In this document: positions 8,895 to 17,748 of the stretch, piece by piece
Position numbering within the stretch: position 1 is the first letter of the stretch
Layout: each line of letters begins with the position of its first letter
Assembly: GCA_034723395.1 (NCBI GenBank)
Contig: JAYEOW010000042.1
Coordinates: 1 to 29,607, forward strand
DNA: 29,607 nucleotides
Direction of reading: 5' to 3'
Source of the DNA: Candidatus Margulisiibacteriota bacterium
Lineage (GTDB): Bacteria; Margulisbacteria; WOR-1; O2-12-FULL-45-9
The notes under the pieces: model-generated
Database searches by the model: none
The model's input: only the letters and a program-made list of their open reading frames with translations
What the model was told of the DNA's origin: nothing
Translations under genes and position numbers: made by a program

Positions 8895-9476
8895 ATGAAA
8901 ATAATCGTCTGGGATGTAGATGATATTTTAAATAATTTGATGTATTGCTGGTTTACCCGGAAGTGGCTGCCAGAGCATCCGGATTGCAAGCTTACGTATG
9001 AACAGATAACCGAAAATACGCCGGAGCGATTGCTTAATTGTACCCGGGAAGAATATTTAGCATCTTTAGATGATTTTAGGTTATCAGAAATGTATCCGGA
9101 GATGAAGCCTAATAATGAAGTATTGGCATGGTTTGAAAAATATGGCGATCGAGCCAGGCATATCGCCTTGACCGCGGTTCCTATTGAAGCGGCGCATGTT
9201 TCTGCTGCCTGGGTAATGAAAAATTATGGGAAGTGGATAAGGAGCTTTAATTTTGTCCCTTCGACCAGGAGGGATAAAACGATTCCGGAATATGACAATA
9301 CCAAAGCAGAATACATTAAGCGTTTGGGTACAGTAGATATTTTTATTGAGGACAATGAAGAAAATATTAAGGGAGTAAAAGAAAAAAGCTTATTAGTATC
9401 CCGTCCCTGGAATAAGGGTAAAGATAGCATGCAGCAGGTATTAGATAAAATAACAAAGATGATCAAGGAAGGGTGA
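8895..9476 (+). CDS. HAD-superfamily phosphatase (NT5C-like)
   Basis: Motif I IVWDVDDIL, motif II LTA, K, motif IV FIEDN, and RPWN. Confidence 0.8.
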   Translation: MKIIVWDVDDILNNLMYCWFTRKWLPEHPDCKLTYEQITENTPERLLNCTREEYLASLDDFRLSEMYPEMKPNNEVLAWFEKYGDRARHIALTAVPIEAAHVSAAWVMKNYGKWIRSFNFVPSTRRDKTIPEYDNTKAEYIKRLGTVDIFIEDNEENIKGVKEKSLLVSRPWNKGKDSMQQVLDKITKMIKEG

Positions 9477-11275
9477 AAATGATCAAACTTTCCGATTATG
9501 TAATGAAATATGTTGCCGATATGGGAGTTAAGGATCTATTTATGCTTTCAGGCGGCGGATGTATGCATCTGGTCGATTCGGTCGGTAGAAATCCAGATCT
9601 AAATTATGTTTGCTGCCTACATGAACAGGTAGCTTCGTTTGCTGCGACCGCTTATGCCCAATACACCAATAATATTGGAGTCGCACTGGTAACTACCGGG
9701 CCGGGGAGCACAAATGCGATTACCGGAGTGGCTGCCGCTTGGACCGATTCGATCCCGACATTAATACTGTCCGGCCAGGTAAAGCGTCCTGATATTTGTA
9801 AAGGGACCGGGCTTAGAACATTTGGTTTTCAAGAAATTGATATTGTTTCCATTGTTAAGCCGATCACAAAATATGCGGTAACAGTGATAGAGCCAAAAGA
9901 GATAAAATATCATCTTGATAAAGCGTGTTATTTGGCTAGAACAGGGAGGCCGGGGCCGGTTTGGCTCGATATCCCGCTTGATGTGCAGGCATCGATGATC
10001 GATGAAGATAAATTAAGTTCTTTTAAAGCAGATAAAAATGAACCAGAGAATAACCTGACCGGAAAAGTTTTAAAGATTATCGAAATGGTAAACAAGTCCG
10101 AACGGCCGGTAATTATTGCCGGTTATGGGATCAAGGTCACTGAGAGTGAAAAAGAATTTATTGAATTAGTGAAAAAGTTAAACATCCCGGTTTTAACTAC
10201 CTGGAAGGCGTTAGATCTGCTGCCGGAGGATTTTAATCTTTATTTTGGCCGGCCTGGGTGTATCGGCCAAAGAGGGGCCAACTTTATTCAACAGAATTCA
10301 GATCTAATAATTTCTATAGGAGCAAGGCTGGATTATGGCCAGATTGGATTTTCACATGAGACATTCGCGCGTGAAGCCAAGAAAGTAGTGATCGATGTAG
10401 ATGCGGCGGAGCTGAAGAAGTTTAAATTTAAATTGGATGAGGGGATAAATGCAAGCGCAGATAAATTTCTTAAGGAGTTTTTAGAGCAATCCGATAAAGT
10501 AGAAAAGGTAGATAGAAATCCTTGGCTTAAGAGATGCGCAGAGTGGAAGAATAGGTATCCTGTTGTTTTACCGCAGCATTGGGATAAAAAGGACTATGTG
10601 AGCACCTATGCTTTAGTTGATGAGCTTTCAAATATATCTAAGGAGAACGACCTTTTTGTTCCTGAGAACTCCGGGGCAGCGAGCGAGATCGTTATGCAGG
10701 CATTAAAAATAAAAAGCGGGCAAAGAGTTATTGCTACGAATAGTTTAGGCTCTATGGGATCGGGCTTGCCGGCGAGTATTGGGGCATGCGTTGCGAGCGG
10801 TAAAAAGAATACCATCTCGGTGATCGGGGATGGAGGGCTGCAGATGAATATTCAGGACCTCGAAACAGTTGCAAGGTTAAAACTGCCTATAAAATATTTT
10901 ATTCTAAATAATGACGGATATGGTTCGATAAGGAATACGCAAAGGAATTATTTCAATGGATTATATGTTGCTTCTGATCCTTCGAGCGGAGTAACTACCC
11001 CTGATCTAAAGAAAATTGCTGATGCTTATGAAATAAAGTATGCTTTGATATTGAATAATAGTGAGATAAAAGAGCAGGTTAAAGCATCATTGTCATCTGA
11101 TGGTCCGGTCATCTGTGAAGTGATGGTCGATCCCGAGGAGCCGACTATGCCCAAGCTTAAATCACAAGTAAAGCCTGATGGCTCTATGGTTTCGAAGCCG
11201 TTAGAAGATCTTTGGCCGTTTTTGGATAGGGAAGAGTTTAAAGATAATATGATTGTGGAGCCGATAGAGGAATAG
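9473..11275 (+). CDS. TPP-dependent acetolactate-synthase-like carboligase (YerE-like)
   Basis: GGGCMHLVDS, HEQ, TTGPGSTNAITG, GRPGPVWLDIPLDVQ, TPP motif GDGG...NN, SKPLEDLWPFL. Start is GTG 9473 or ATG 9479. Lies in a dideoxysugar context. Confidence 0.88.
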   Translation: MKMIKLSDYVMKYVADMGVKDLFMLSGGGCMHLVDSVGRNPDLNYVCCLHEQVASFAATAYAQYTNNIGVALVTTGPGSTNAITGVAAAWTDSIPTLILSGQVKRPDICKGTGLRTFGFQEIDIVSIVKPITKYAVTVIEPKEIKYHLDKACYLARTGRPGPVWLDIPLDVQASMIDEDKLSSFKADKNEPENNLTGKVLKIIEMVNKSERPVIIAGYGIKVTESEKEFIELVKKLNIPVLTTWKALDLLPEDFNLYFGRPGCIGQRGANFIQQNSDLIISIGARLDYGQIGFSHETFAREAKKVVIDVDAAELKKFKFKLDEGINASADKFLKEFLEQSDKVEKVDRNPWLKRCAEWKNRYPVVLPQHWDKKDYVSTYALVDELSNISKENDLFVPENSGAASEIVMQALKIKSGQRVIATNSLGSMGSGLPASIGACVASGKKNTISVIGDGGLQMNIQDLETVARLKLPIKYFILNNDGYGSIRNTQRNYFNGLYVASDPSSGVTTPDLKKIADAYEIKYALILNNSEIKEQVKASLSSDGPVICEVMVDPEEPTMPKLKSQVKPDGSMVSKPLEDLWPFLDREEFKDNMIVEPIEE

Positions 11276-11279
11276 ATGA

Positions 11280-12302
11280 ATGAATAAAATTATTGATCAA
11301 GATATAGACTTTATATTAAAAAGTGATGTTGACTGGGGGGAATTTAAGGGCAAGACGGTTCTTGTTACTGGAGCCTATGGAACTCTCATGTCATATATAA
11401 CTTATGTGTTGATCCGTTTAAAAGTTAAAATAATTGTTTTAGTGCGAGATCGGAATAAGGCGGGGCAGAGATTTGGTAATTATGTTGATAGTAAGTGCTT
11501 GAAAATAATTGAGCATGATTTGTCGTCGCAGATCGAGATCACAGATAAGATTGATTATATATTTCATGGTGCAAGTTATGCGAGTCCAAATTATTTTAAA
11601 AATAATCCGACAGGCGTTCTGTTGCCGAACACTATTGGAACATACCATTTATTGGAGCTGGCGAAGAAAAAAAAGATAAAGGGTTTTCTGTTTTTTAGCA
11701 GTGGAGCGGTATATGGAAAGAACCTTACTGAGCTGGTTGCCGAAAAAGACTATGGATATCTTGACCCGCTAGACATTATAAGTTGTTATGGGGAGAGTAA
11801 AAGGATGGGGGAGAATATGTGTCGGTGCTGGCAAGAACAATTTGGGATCCCCGTTAAAATAGTGAGGCCAGCTCATGTTTATGGACCCACCATGGATATT
11901 CAAAATGACAAGCGAGTGGTTGCAGAATTTATTAATAAAATATTAAATGGTCAGGGTATTGTATTGAGAAGTGACGGCTTAGCCTGCCGCTCATTTTGTT
12001 ATATTGCCGATGCTACGGTAGCGTATTTTAAGGTCCTTTTAGGTGGAAAAGATGGAGAAGCGTATAATGTAGGAAACGATGCTGTGTACATGTCGATTGT
12101 CAAACTTGCCGAAAATATTGTTTCTACTTTTCCGGAAAAACATTTGAAGATAATTATTAATAAAAAAGAAAATGACATTCCAATTGAAGAAAATAAAATG
12201 TTAATGTCTTCTAGAAAGATTGAGGCTCTTGGGTGGAAGTGTTCATTTTCTTTGCCAGAAGGGCTAAGGCGGACGGTTGAGAGTTTTCAATGCAAAGCGT
12301 AA
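11280..12302 (+). CDS. NAD-dependent epimerase/dehydratase (extended SDR); candidate YerF-like reductase
   Basis: VTGAYG, HGASYASP, FFSSGAVYG, CYGESKRMGE (YxxxK), RPAHVYGP, RSFCYIAD. Confidence 0.85.
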   Translation: MNKIIDQDIDFILKSDVDWGEFKGKTVLVTGAYGTLMSYITYVLIRLKVKIIVLVRDRNKAGQRFGNYVDSKCLKIIEHDLSSQIEITDKIDYIFHGASYASPNYFKNNPTGVLLPNTIGTYHLLELAKKKKIKGFLFFSSGAVYGKNLTELVAEKDYGYLDPLDIISCYGESKRMGENMCRCWQEQFGIPVKIVRPAHVYGPTMDIQNDKRVVAEFINKILNGQGIVLRSDGLACRSFCYIADATVAYFKVLLGGKDGEAYNVGNDAVYMSIVKLAENIVSTFPEKHLKIIINKKENDIPIEENKMLMSSRKIEALGWKCSFSLPEGLRRTVESFQCKA

Positions 12303-13246
12303 AGGATGTGTTATCCGTGCTATTAGAGAAGAGAGGCCAATATTTAAAAGGGAAGATTGATAAAAAGAATTACATGGAGGATATGTTTGAAATTCATAAG
12401 CGTTTATTTGAGTATCCAGGGTTATTGGCAGATTCCCTCATCAATAAAATTGAGATCAACGCTGAACAAGTAATATTTACTATCCGGAATGGTAATAACA
12501 ATATAATGCTCTGCTGTGACAAAAGAGAAGCTCATTCTTTGCCGATGTCGTTTCTTAATCTATCTTCAGTTGAAACTGAGGAAAATAAAATGATCCTGCA
12601 GCTTATTCAACCCGGAGATGTTGTCTTTGATATCGGTGCAAATATAGGCTGGTATACGATTAGTATATTACTTGCACGGAAAGGGACTTCTGTTTACTCT
12701 TTCGAGCCGATAAAATCATCATATCAATATTTGCTGAAAAATATGGAGCTTAATAATCAAAAAACTGAAAAGGCATATAATATTGGCCTGTCTGATGAGA
12801 ACAATATGATAGATTTCTTTTTTGACATAAAATGCGCTACAGCTTCATCGTTGGCAAATCTAAGGGAAGATAAGTGTACAGTGAAAGAAACCTGTGAGGT
12901 AAAAAGGCTGGATGATTTTTTAAAAACGATCCCTTCTGTAAGTAAGCTTGATTTCGTTAAGTGCGATGTGGAGGGAGCCGAGTTATTTGTTTTTAAAGGA
13001 GCGATAGAAACGATAGGCAAATTTAAGCCGATTGTATTCTCAGAGATATTAAGGAAATGGTCTAAAAAGATGGGATATCACCCTAATGATATTATTGATC
13101 TGTTCCGCAGTATTGATTATGAATGTCATGTTATTAATAAAGGTAAAATCGAAAAGTTTGGATCAGTTGATGAGGATACAGAGTACACTAATTATCTGTT
13201 TTTTCATAACAAGAAGCATGCAGGTATAGTTAAGCGGTTATTATGA
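12290..13246 (+). CDS. FkbM-family methyltransferase
   Basis: VVFDIGANIGWY, FEP, LDD, KCDVEGAELFVFKG. Confidence 0.9.
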   Translation: MQSVKDVLSVLLEKRGQYLKGKIDKKNYMEDMFEIHKRLFEYPGLLADSLINKIEINAEQVIFTIRNGNNNIMLCCDKREAHSLPMSFLNLSSVETEENKMILQLIQPGDVVFDIGANIGWYTISILLARKGTSVYSFEPIKSSYQYLLKNMELNNQKTEKAYNIGLSDENNMIDFFFDIKCATASSLANLREDKCTVKETCEVKRLDDFLKTIPSVSKLDFVKCDVEGAELFVFKGAIETIGKFKPIVFSEILRKWSKKMGYHPNDIIDLFRSIDYECHVINKGKIEKFGSVDEDTEYTNYLFFHNKKHAGIVKRLL

Positions 13247-13734
13247 GTGTAAATAATGCAATAAAAATATTAGATGAAAAAGCATCCGATCCTTCGGCAG
13301 GATTGCCTGAGGAGTTGTTTTTGTTTATAAGCCGAAAAACGCCGTTGGTAAATGTTGATCTGCTTATTAAAGATAAAAAGGGGAGGACCCTGTTGTCTTG
13401 GAGAGATGACCAGTATGCCGGTATCGGCTGGCATGTACCGGGAGGGATTCTTCGCTTTAAAGAAGATCTGGAAAGGAGAATATTGAAAGTTGCTAAAAAT
13501 GAAATTGGAGCGATAATAAAATATGATCCTGCTCCGATTGCGATCAACCAGGTAATCTGCGAACATGATACCAGGGGACATTTTATTTCTATATTGTATA
13601 GATGCTCACTTTCTAGTAAATATATTCCAGAAAACAAAGGATTATCAACTAAAGATCCTGGCTATCTAAAATGGCACGATTCTTGCCCGGAAAATCTAGT
13701 GGAAGTGCATGAAGTGTACAGGAGATATCTCTGA
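13243..13734 (+). CDS. Nudix hydrolase, GDP-mannose mannosyl hydrolase (Gmm/WcaH)-like
   Basis: F..ISRKTPLVNVDLLI...LL..R...WHVPGG...E...R...EIG; modified Nudix box and a RGH motif. Confidence 0.8.
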   Translation: MSVNNAIKILDEKASDPSAGLPEELFLFISRKTPLVNVDLLIKDKKGRTLLSWRDDQYAGIGWHVPGGILRFKEDLERRILKVAKNEIGAIIKYDPAPIAINQVICEHDTRGHFISILYRCSLSSKYIPENKGLSTKDPGYLKWHDSCPENLVEVHEVYRRYL

Positions 13735-13736
13735 CT

Positions 13737-14915
13737 ATGGCAAAGACAAAGAAATGCAGAATATGCGGTAATGATTTCTTTAATGATCCGCTGCTCTGCT
13801 ATAAAAATATGCCAAAAGCGGCCCAATATCTGCCAGACAAAAATGCGCTTAAAAATGATCATGGGATTGATCTGGAGGTATATCAATGTTCCGGATGCGG
13901 GCTGGTGCAGTTGAGCAATAAACCGGTCCCGTATTATAAGGAGGTCATCCGCGCGGCGGGTATTTCGGACGAAATGATGGCTTTCCGGAAGAGGCAATTT
14001 GCCGATCTTCTGGAGAAATATTCTCTTAAAGGTAAAAAAGTAATTGAGATCGGCTGTGGATGCGGAGAATATCTCTCTATTATGCGGCAGGCAGGGGCAG
14101 ACGCTTGTGGATTGGAGCAATCGGCGGAATCGGTCAGCAAGTGCGTTGAAAAAGGATTAAAAGCAGATCAGGGATTCATTCAAGATAATTTTTATAAATT
14201 GGAAGGCGCTCCATTTAATGCTTTTTGTATGTTGAATTTTCTAGAGCACCTGCCGGACCCGAATTCGATCCTGAAGGGGATATCTTTTAATCTCGTAGGA
14301 GGCGGGATGGGGCTTGTGGAGGTGCCGAATTTCGATATGATTTTGCGGAACAACCTTTTTTCGGAATTCATAGGGGATCATCTGCTTTATTTTACAAGGG
14401 ATACTTTAAATACAGCACTAAAGTTGAATGGTTTTGATATCATTGAGTGTAATGAGGTTTGGCACAATTATATAATATCTGCCGTTGTAAAGAAAAATTC
14501 CTTGATGCCGAGCAAAGTCAAGACGCTCGGAAAAAGTGAAAGGCTGGACCTATCGCACTTTAATAAATATCAATCCAAACTCAAGGCTGAAATCGAAGCA
14601 TTCATTCATCGAAACGGGAATAGAAAAGTGGCAATATGGGGTGCGGGACATCAAGCCTTGGCAGTTATTGCATTAACCAAACTTGCGGGCAAAATTAGGT
14701 ATGTTGTTGACTCTGCAGCATTTAAGCAGGGCAAATATACGCCAGCCTCACATATACCCATAGTTAAGCCTGATACACTTAGATCTAATCCTGTAGATGC
14801 GATTATTGTTATAGCGGCTAGTTACTCGGATGAGGTAGCCAAAATCATCCAGCAAAAATATGCTGCCAATATTAAGGTTGCCATATTGAGGGATAATGGC
14901 CTAGAGATTATTTAG
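13737..14915 (+). CDS. SAM-dependent methyltransferase of the NDP-sugar C-methyltransferase architecture
   Basis: Zn-binding CRIC...CSGCGLVQ, EIGCGCG, FLEHLPDP, EVPN, DHLLYF; C-terminal WGAGHQ...VDS...KQGKYTP.SHIPI. Confidence 0.85.
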   Translation: MAKTKKCRICGNDFFNDPLLCYKNMPKAAQYLPDKNALKNDHGIDLEVYQCSGCGLVQLSNKPVPYYKEVIRAAGISDEMMAFRKRQFADLLEKYSLKGKKVIEIGCGCGEYLSIMRQAGADACGLEQSAESVSKCVEKGLKADQGFIQDNFYKLEGAPFNAFCMLNFLEHLPDPNSILKGISFNLVGGGMGLVEVPNFDMILRNNLFSEFIGDHLLYFTRDTLNTALKLNGFDIIECNEVWHNYIISAVVKKNSLMPSKVKTLGKSERLDLSHFNKYQSKLKAEIEAFIHRNGNRKVAIWGAGHQALAVIALTKLAGKIRYVVDSAAFKQGKYTPASHIPIVKPDTLRSNPVDAIIVIAASYSDEVAKIIQQKYAANIKVAILRDNGLEII

Positions 14916-14927
14916 GAGGTAAGTTGG

Positions 14928-16013
14928 ATGTCAGAATTAAAATCAAGCGAGAAAGACAAGAGGAATAACCTAAAAAGGGAAAAACCATATGTCCATGAAA
15001 AGATCATGCGGTATGATGAAAAAATTAAAAAGGGCGAAAGCATTGCTATCCTTCAATTTCAGTATGATTATACTTGTAATTTTGCCTGCCAGCATTGTTG
15101 CATAACCAGGTTGCGCCGAAAAAATGCAGATAGATTTTTTACTCCGGCAGATGTTGCCGAGCTTTCGCGACAAGCAGACGAGATGGGATTGGCCCACATT
15201 GTTATTACGGGTGGCGAACCTTTGGTTTTTCCCGAATTTGACCAGATAGTTGAGGCAATAGATCCTCAGAAATTTTATATTTCTTCAGATACTAATGGCT
15301 GGAATTTAGATGAAGAAAAAGCCAGGCACCTTAAAAGTATTGGGGTCGATAAAATTCAGCTCAGCCTCGACAGTTTAAAAGATACGGAGCATGATGAGTT
15401 TAGAAACAAAAAAGGTTCGCATGGCCGATGTTTAAAGGCAATCGATGCAGCCCAAAAAGCTGGTTTAAACATTATTGTTCAAACGGTGGTTTGGAAGGAA
15501 AGGGTAAGGTCGCAAGAATTTATTGATTTTTTGGAATATTTAAATGGGAGAGGGGTAGCGGTCTTTATCACTTACGCAAAACCGGTTGGAGCATGGGAAG
15601 GTAAGTTTGATTCTCTCATTGACCGTAGTGATATGGATTATATAAGAGAGCTGGAAAAGAAGTATAATGTTTTTACCCATTTAACCCCATCTTACGGCCT
15701 TGATTTGGGGTGCATTGGAGTTAAAAGGATGGTTTCTATAACTAAATATGGTGATGTGATGCCATGCCCGTATATTCATGTTTCACTTGGGAACTTTTTT
15801 AAGGAACCTCTAAAAGATATTATTGAGCGAGGTTTAAATATTAAGCATTTTGGGCAATATTGTGATACTTGCTGGGTAGCCGAAGATAGGAATTTTATTG
15901 ATAAATACTTGGCGAAGAGAATATATGGCAAACCGCTCCCAGTGCCTTATGATGAAGTTTTTACAAAAGAGGACATTATTAAACCAGAAGAAAGAAAACT
16001 TTATCGTCCTTAA
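14928..16013 (+). CDS. Radical SAM enzyme with SPASM/twitch domain
   Basis: CNFACQHC (CxxxCxxC), TGGEP, TNG, SLDS, HD.FR; C-terminal GC...ITKYGDVMPCPY...CDTC; SD AGGAGG. Confidence 0.92.
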   Translation: MSELKSSEKDKRNNLKREKPYVHEKIMRYDEKIKKGESIAILQFQYDYTCNFACQHCCITRLRRKNADRFFTPADVAELSRQADEMGLAHIVITGGEPLVFPEFDQIVEAIDPQKFYISSDTNGWNLDEEKARHLKSIGVDKIQLSLDSLKDTEHDEFRNKKGSHGRCLKAIDAAQKAGLNIIVQTVVWKERVRSQEFIDFLEYLNGRGVAVFITYAKPVGAWEGKFDSLIDRSDMDYIRELEKKYNVFTHLTPSYGLDLGCIGVKRMVSITKYGDVMPCPYIHVSLGNFFKEPLKDIIERGLNIKHFGQYCDTCWVAEDRNFIDKYLAKRIYGKPLPVPYDEVFTKEDIIKPEERKLYRP

Positions 16014-16021
16014 ATGAGGCT

Positions 16022-16417
16022 ATGATTAGAAGGATATATAGAAAACACCGCGAGAAGATCAATTACATCCTGGTAGGCTGTTACAATACGATATTTGGTT
16101 ATGGAACATTCGTTGCCCTCTATTATCTCCTCCATCAGCGGATCCATTATCTGGTTCTGGTCGTCGTCGCATATGTAATAAGCATAACCAATGCATATAT
16201 CGGTTATAAGATATTTGTTTTTAGGACCGAGGGGAATTATCTTAAGGAATATTTGCGGTTTTATGTTGTTTATGGATTTTCTCTGGTCCCAAACCTTATC
16301 TTATTGCCGTTTATCGTTGAAATATTTAAAATGAGCCCCGTTATCGGGCAGGCCTTCGTGATCGCCTTCAGTGCGGTTTTTAACTACATGGGGCACAAAC
16401 ACTTCTCATTTAGATGA
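16022..16417 (+). CDS. GtrA-family polyprenyl-phosphate-sugar flippase
   Basis: 131 aa with 4 TMs; YILVG..NT, KIFVFR, RFY..Y, NY..HKHFSF. Confidence 0.9.
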   Translation: MIRRIYRKHREKINYILVGCYNTIFGYGTFVALYYLLHQRIHYLVLVVVAYVISITNAYIGYKIFVFRTEGNYLKEYLRFYVVYGFSLVPNLILLPFIVEIFKMSPVIGQAFVIAFSAVFNYMGHKHFSFR

Positions 16418-16440
16418 TGCGGGGAAGAAGATGTTCACTA

Positions 16441-16469
16441 TTTACCGGCTCTATTTTTCCTGCTATAAT
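16441..16469 (+). promoter_or_regulatory. Sigma70-type promoter TTTACC-N17-TATAAT with extended -10 TG
   Basis: TTTACC 16441-16446; TGcTATAAT 16461-16469; ATG at 16480 with no SD. Confidence 0.65.
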
Positions 16470-16479
16470 TTAGTGTCAC

Positions 16480-17748
16480 ATGAGGATTTTTCTTGATTTA
16501 ATCATAATTAATTTTTCAGCGGTTTTGGCTTTTCTTCTGCGGGAACACTGGCTGCATTTTATCAAAAAACTTCCTTCTGAGCATTTGGGGAGGTACATCC
16601 TGGCTCTTGCCGGGTTTAATCTTATCTATCTTTTTATATCTTGGCTGGTTGGCCTCTATGATAAACGGCAAAAAAGAGCGCTGCTTGAAGAATTCCTCCT
16701 AATTTTAGGTATTTTCCTGATATGTATGGCGGTCACAATTAGCTTTTTGTTTCTGGGAAGATTATGGTGGGTTTCGAGAATAATCGTATATCTTTTTTTG
16801 GGGGCTTCCATATTTTTGCTCTGTCTTTCCAGATATTTATTTAGATCAGCAACATTGGCTAAAAAAATGGGGATAAAATATGACCTGTCTGAATTTAAGA
16901 ATAAATCAGCAAAAAAAGCTTTAGAGATAGAACTGCAAAAAATCAAGAAACTTTCGGTTATTATTGTTACTTACAATCATAAGGAGTTGTTGTCGAAATG
17001 TTTACTTTCACTGAAGGAAGCAGATGTCAAAATCCCGCTAGAAATTGTTATTGTAGATAACAATTCAAATGACGGAACGGTTGAATTTGTCCAAGGCGGT
17101 TATCCAAAAGTGAAAATCATTAAAAATAATGAAAATCTGGGGTATTCAAAGGCGGTAAATATCGGCTTGCGGGTAGCATCCTCAGAATTTTATTTGATCA
17201 TTAATCCGGATATTCTTGTATTGCCCGGATCAATAGAATTAACATTGGACTACATGATAAAACACCCTAAAGTTGGAATTGCCGGCTGTAAACTCTTTAA
17301 TGAGGATGGTTCTCTGCAATTCTCGGCGCGGCGGTTTTTGGACTTGAGGACATATTTGTATCGTTTTACCCCTTTGCGGGGACTGATGTCCGGTAGCGCT
17401 TTGGAGAGGCGCTATTTGATGCAGGAATGGGACCATTGTGGTAATCGTTCTGTGGATTGGGTGTTGGGTGGTTGCATGCTGATCAGAAAATCAGCTGCGG
17501 ATAAAGTTGGCCTGATGGATGAAAGATTTTTTATATATTTTGAGGATGTTGATCTTTGTTATCGGATGTGGGATAAGGGATGGCCGGTTGTGTATGTGGG
17601 CGAAGCGGGAATGGTCCACAAGCATGCACGGACAAGCGCTAATAAGATATTCAGCAAAGCTACACGAGAACATTTTAAGAGCCTTTTTTATTTTTTGGGG
17701 AAGGCCGGGTTCCGCCCGCCAAGGAATTGTCCTTCAAGCTTGGAATAA
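16480..17748 (+). CDS. GT2 glycosyltransferase (WbbL/rhamnosyltransferase-like) with an N-terminal 4-TM domain
   Basis: SVIIVTYN, VDNNSNDGT, NLGYSKAVN, INPD, DWVLGGCMLIR, DERFFIYFEDVDLC.R; first ~125 aa are hydrophobic. Confidence 0.9.
   Translation: MRIFLDLIIINFSAVLAFLLREHWLHFIKKLPSEHLGRYILALAGFNLIYLFISWLVGLYDKRQKRALLEEFLLILGIFLICMAVTISFLFLGRLWWVSRIIVYLFLGASIFLLCLSRYLFRSATLAKKMGIKYDLSEFKNKSAKKALEIELQKIKKLSVIIVTYNHKELLSKCLLSLKEADVKIPLEIVIVDNNSNDGTVEFVQGGYPKVKIIKNNENLGYSKAVNIGLRVASSEFYLIINPDILVLPGSIELTLDYMIKHPKVGIAGCKLFNEDGSLQFSARRFLDLRTYLYRFTPLRGLMSGSALERRYLMQEWDHCGNRSVDWVLGGCMLIRKSAADKVGLMDERFFIYFEDVDLCYRMWDKGWPVVYVGEAGMVHKHARTSANKIFSKATREHFKSLFYFLGKAGFRPPRNCPSSLE

Noticed and set aside
9473..11275. 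Housekeeping acetolactate synthase ilvB
   Set aside because: No ilvN, ilvC or leu genes are nearby; the GGGCMHL motif and sugar context fit the YerE-like subgroup.
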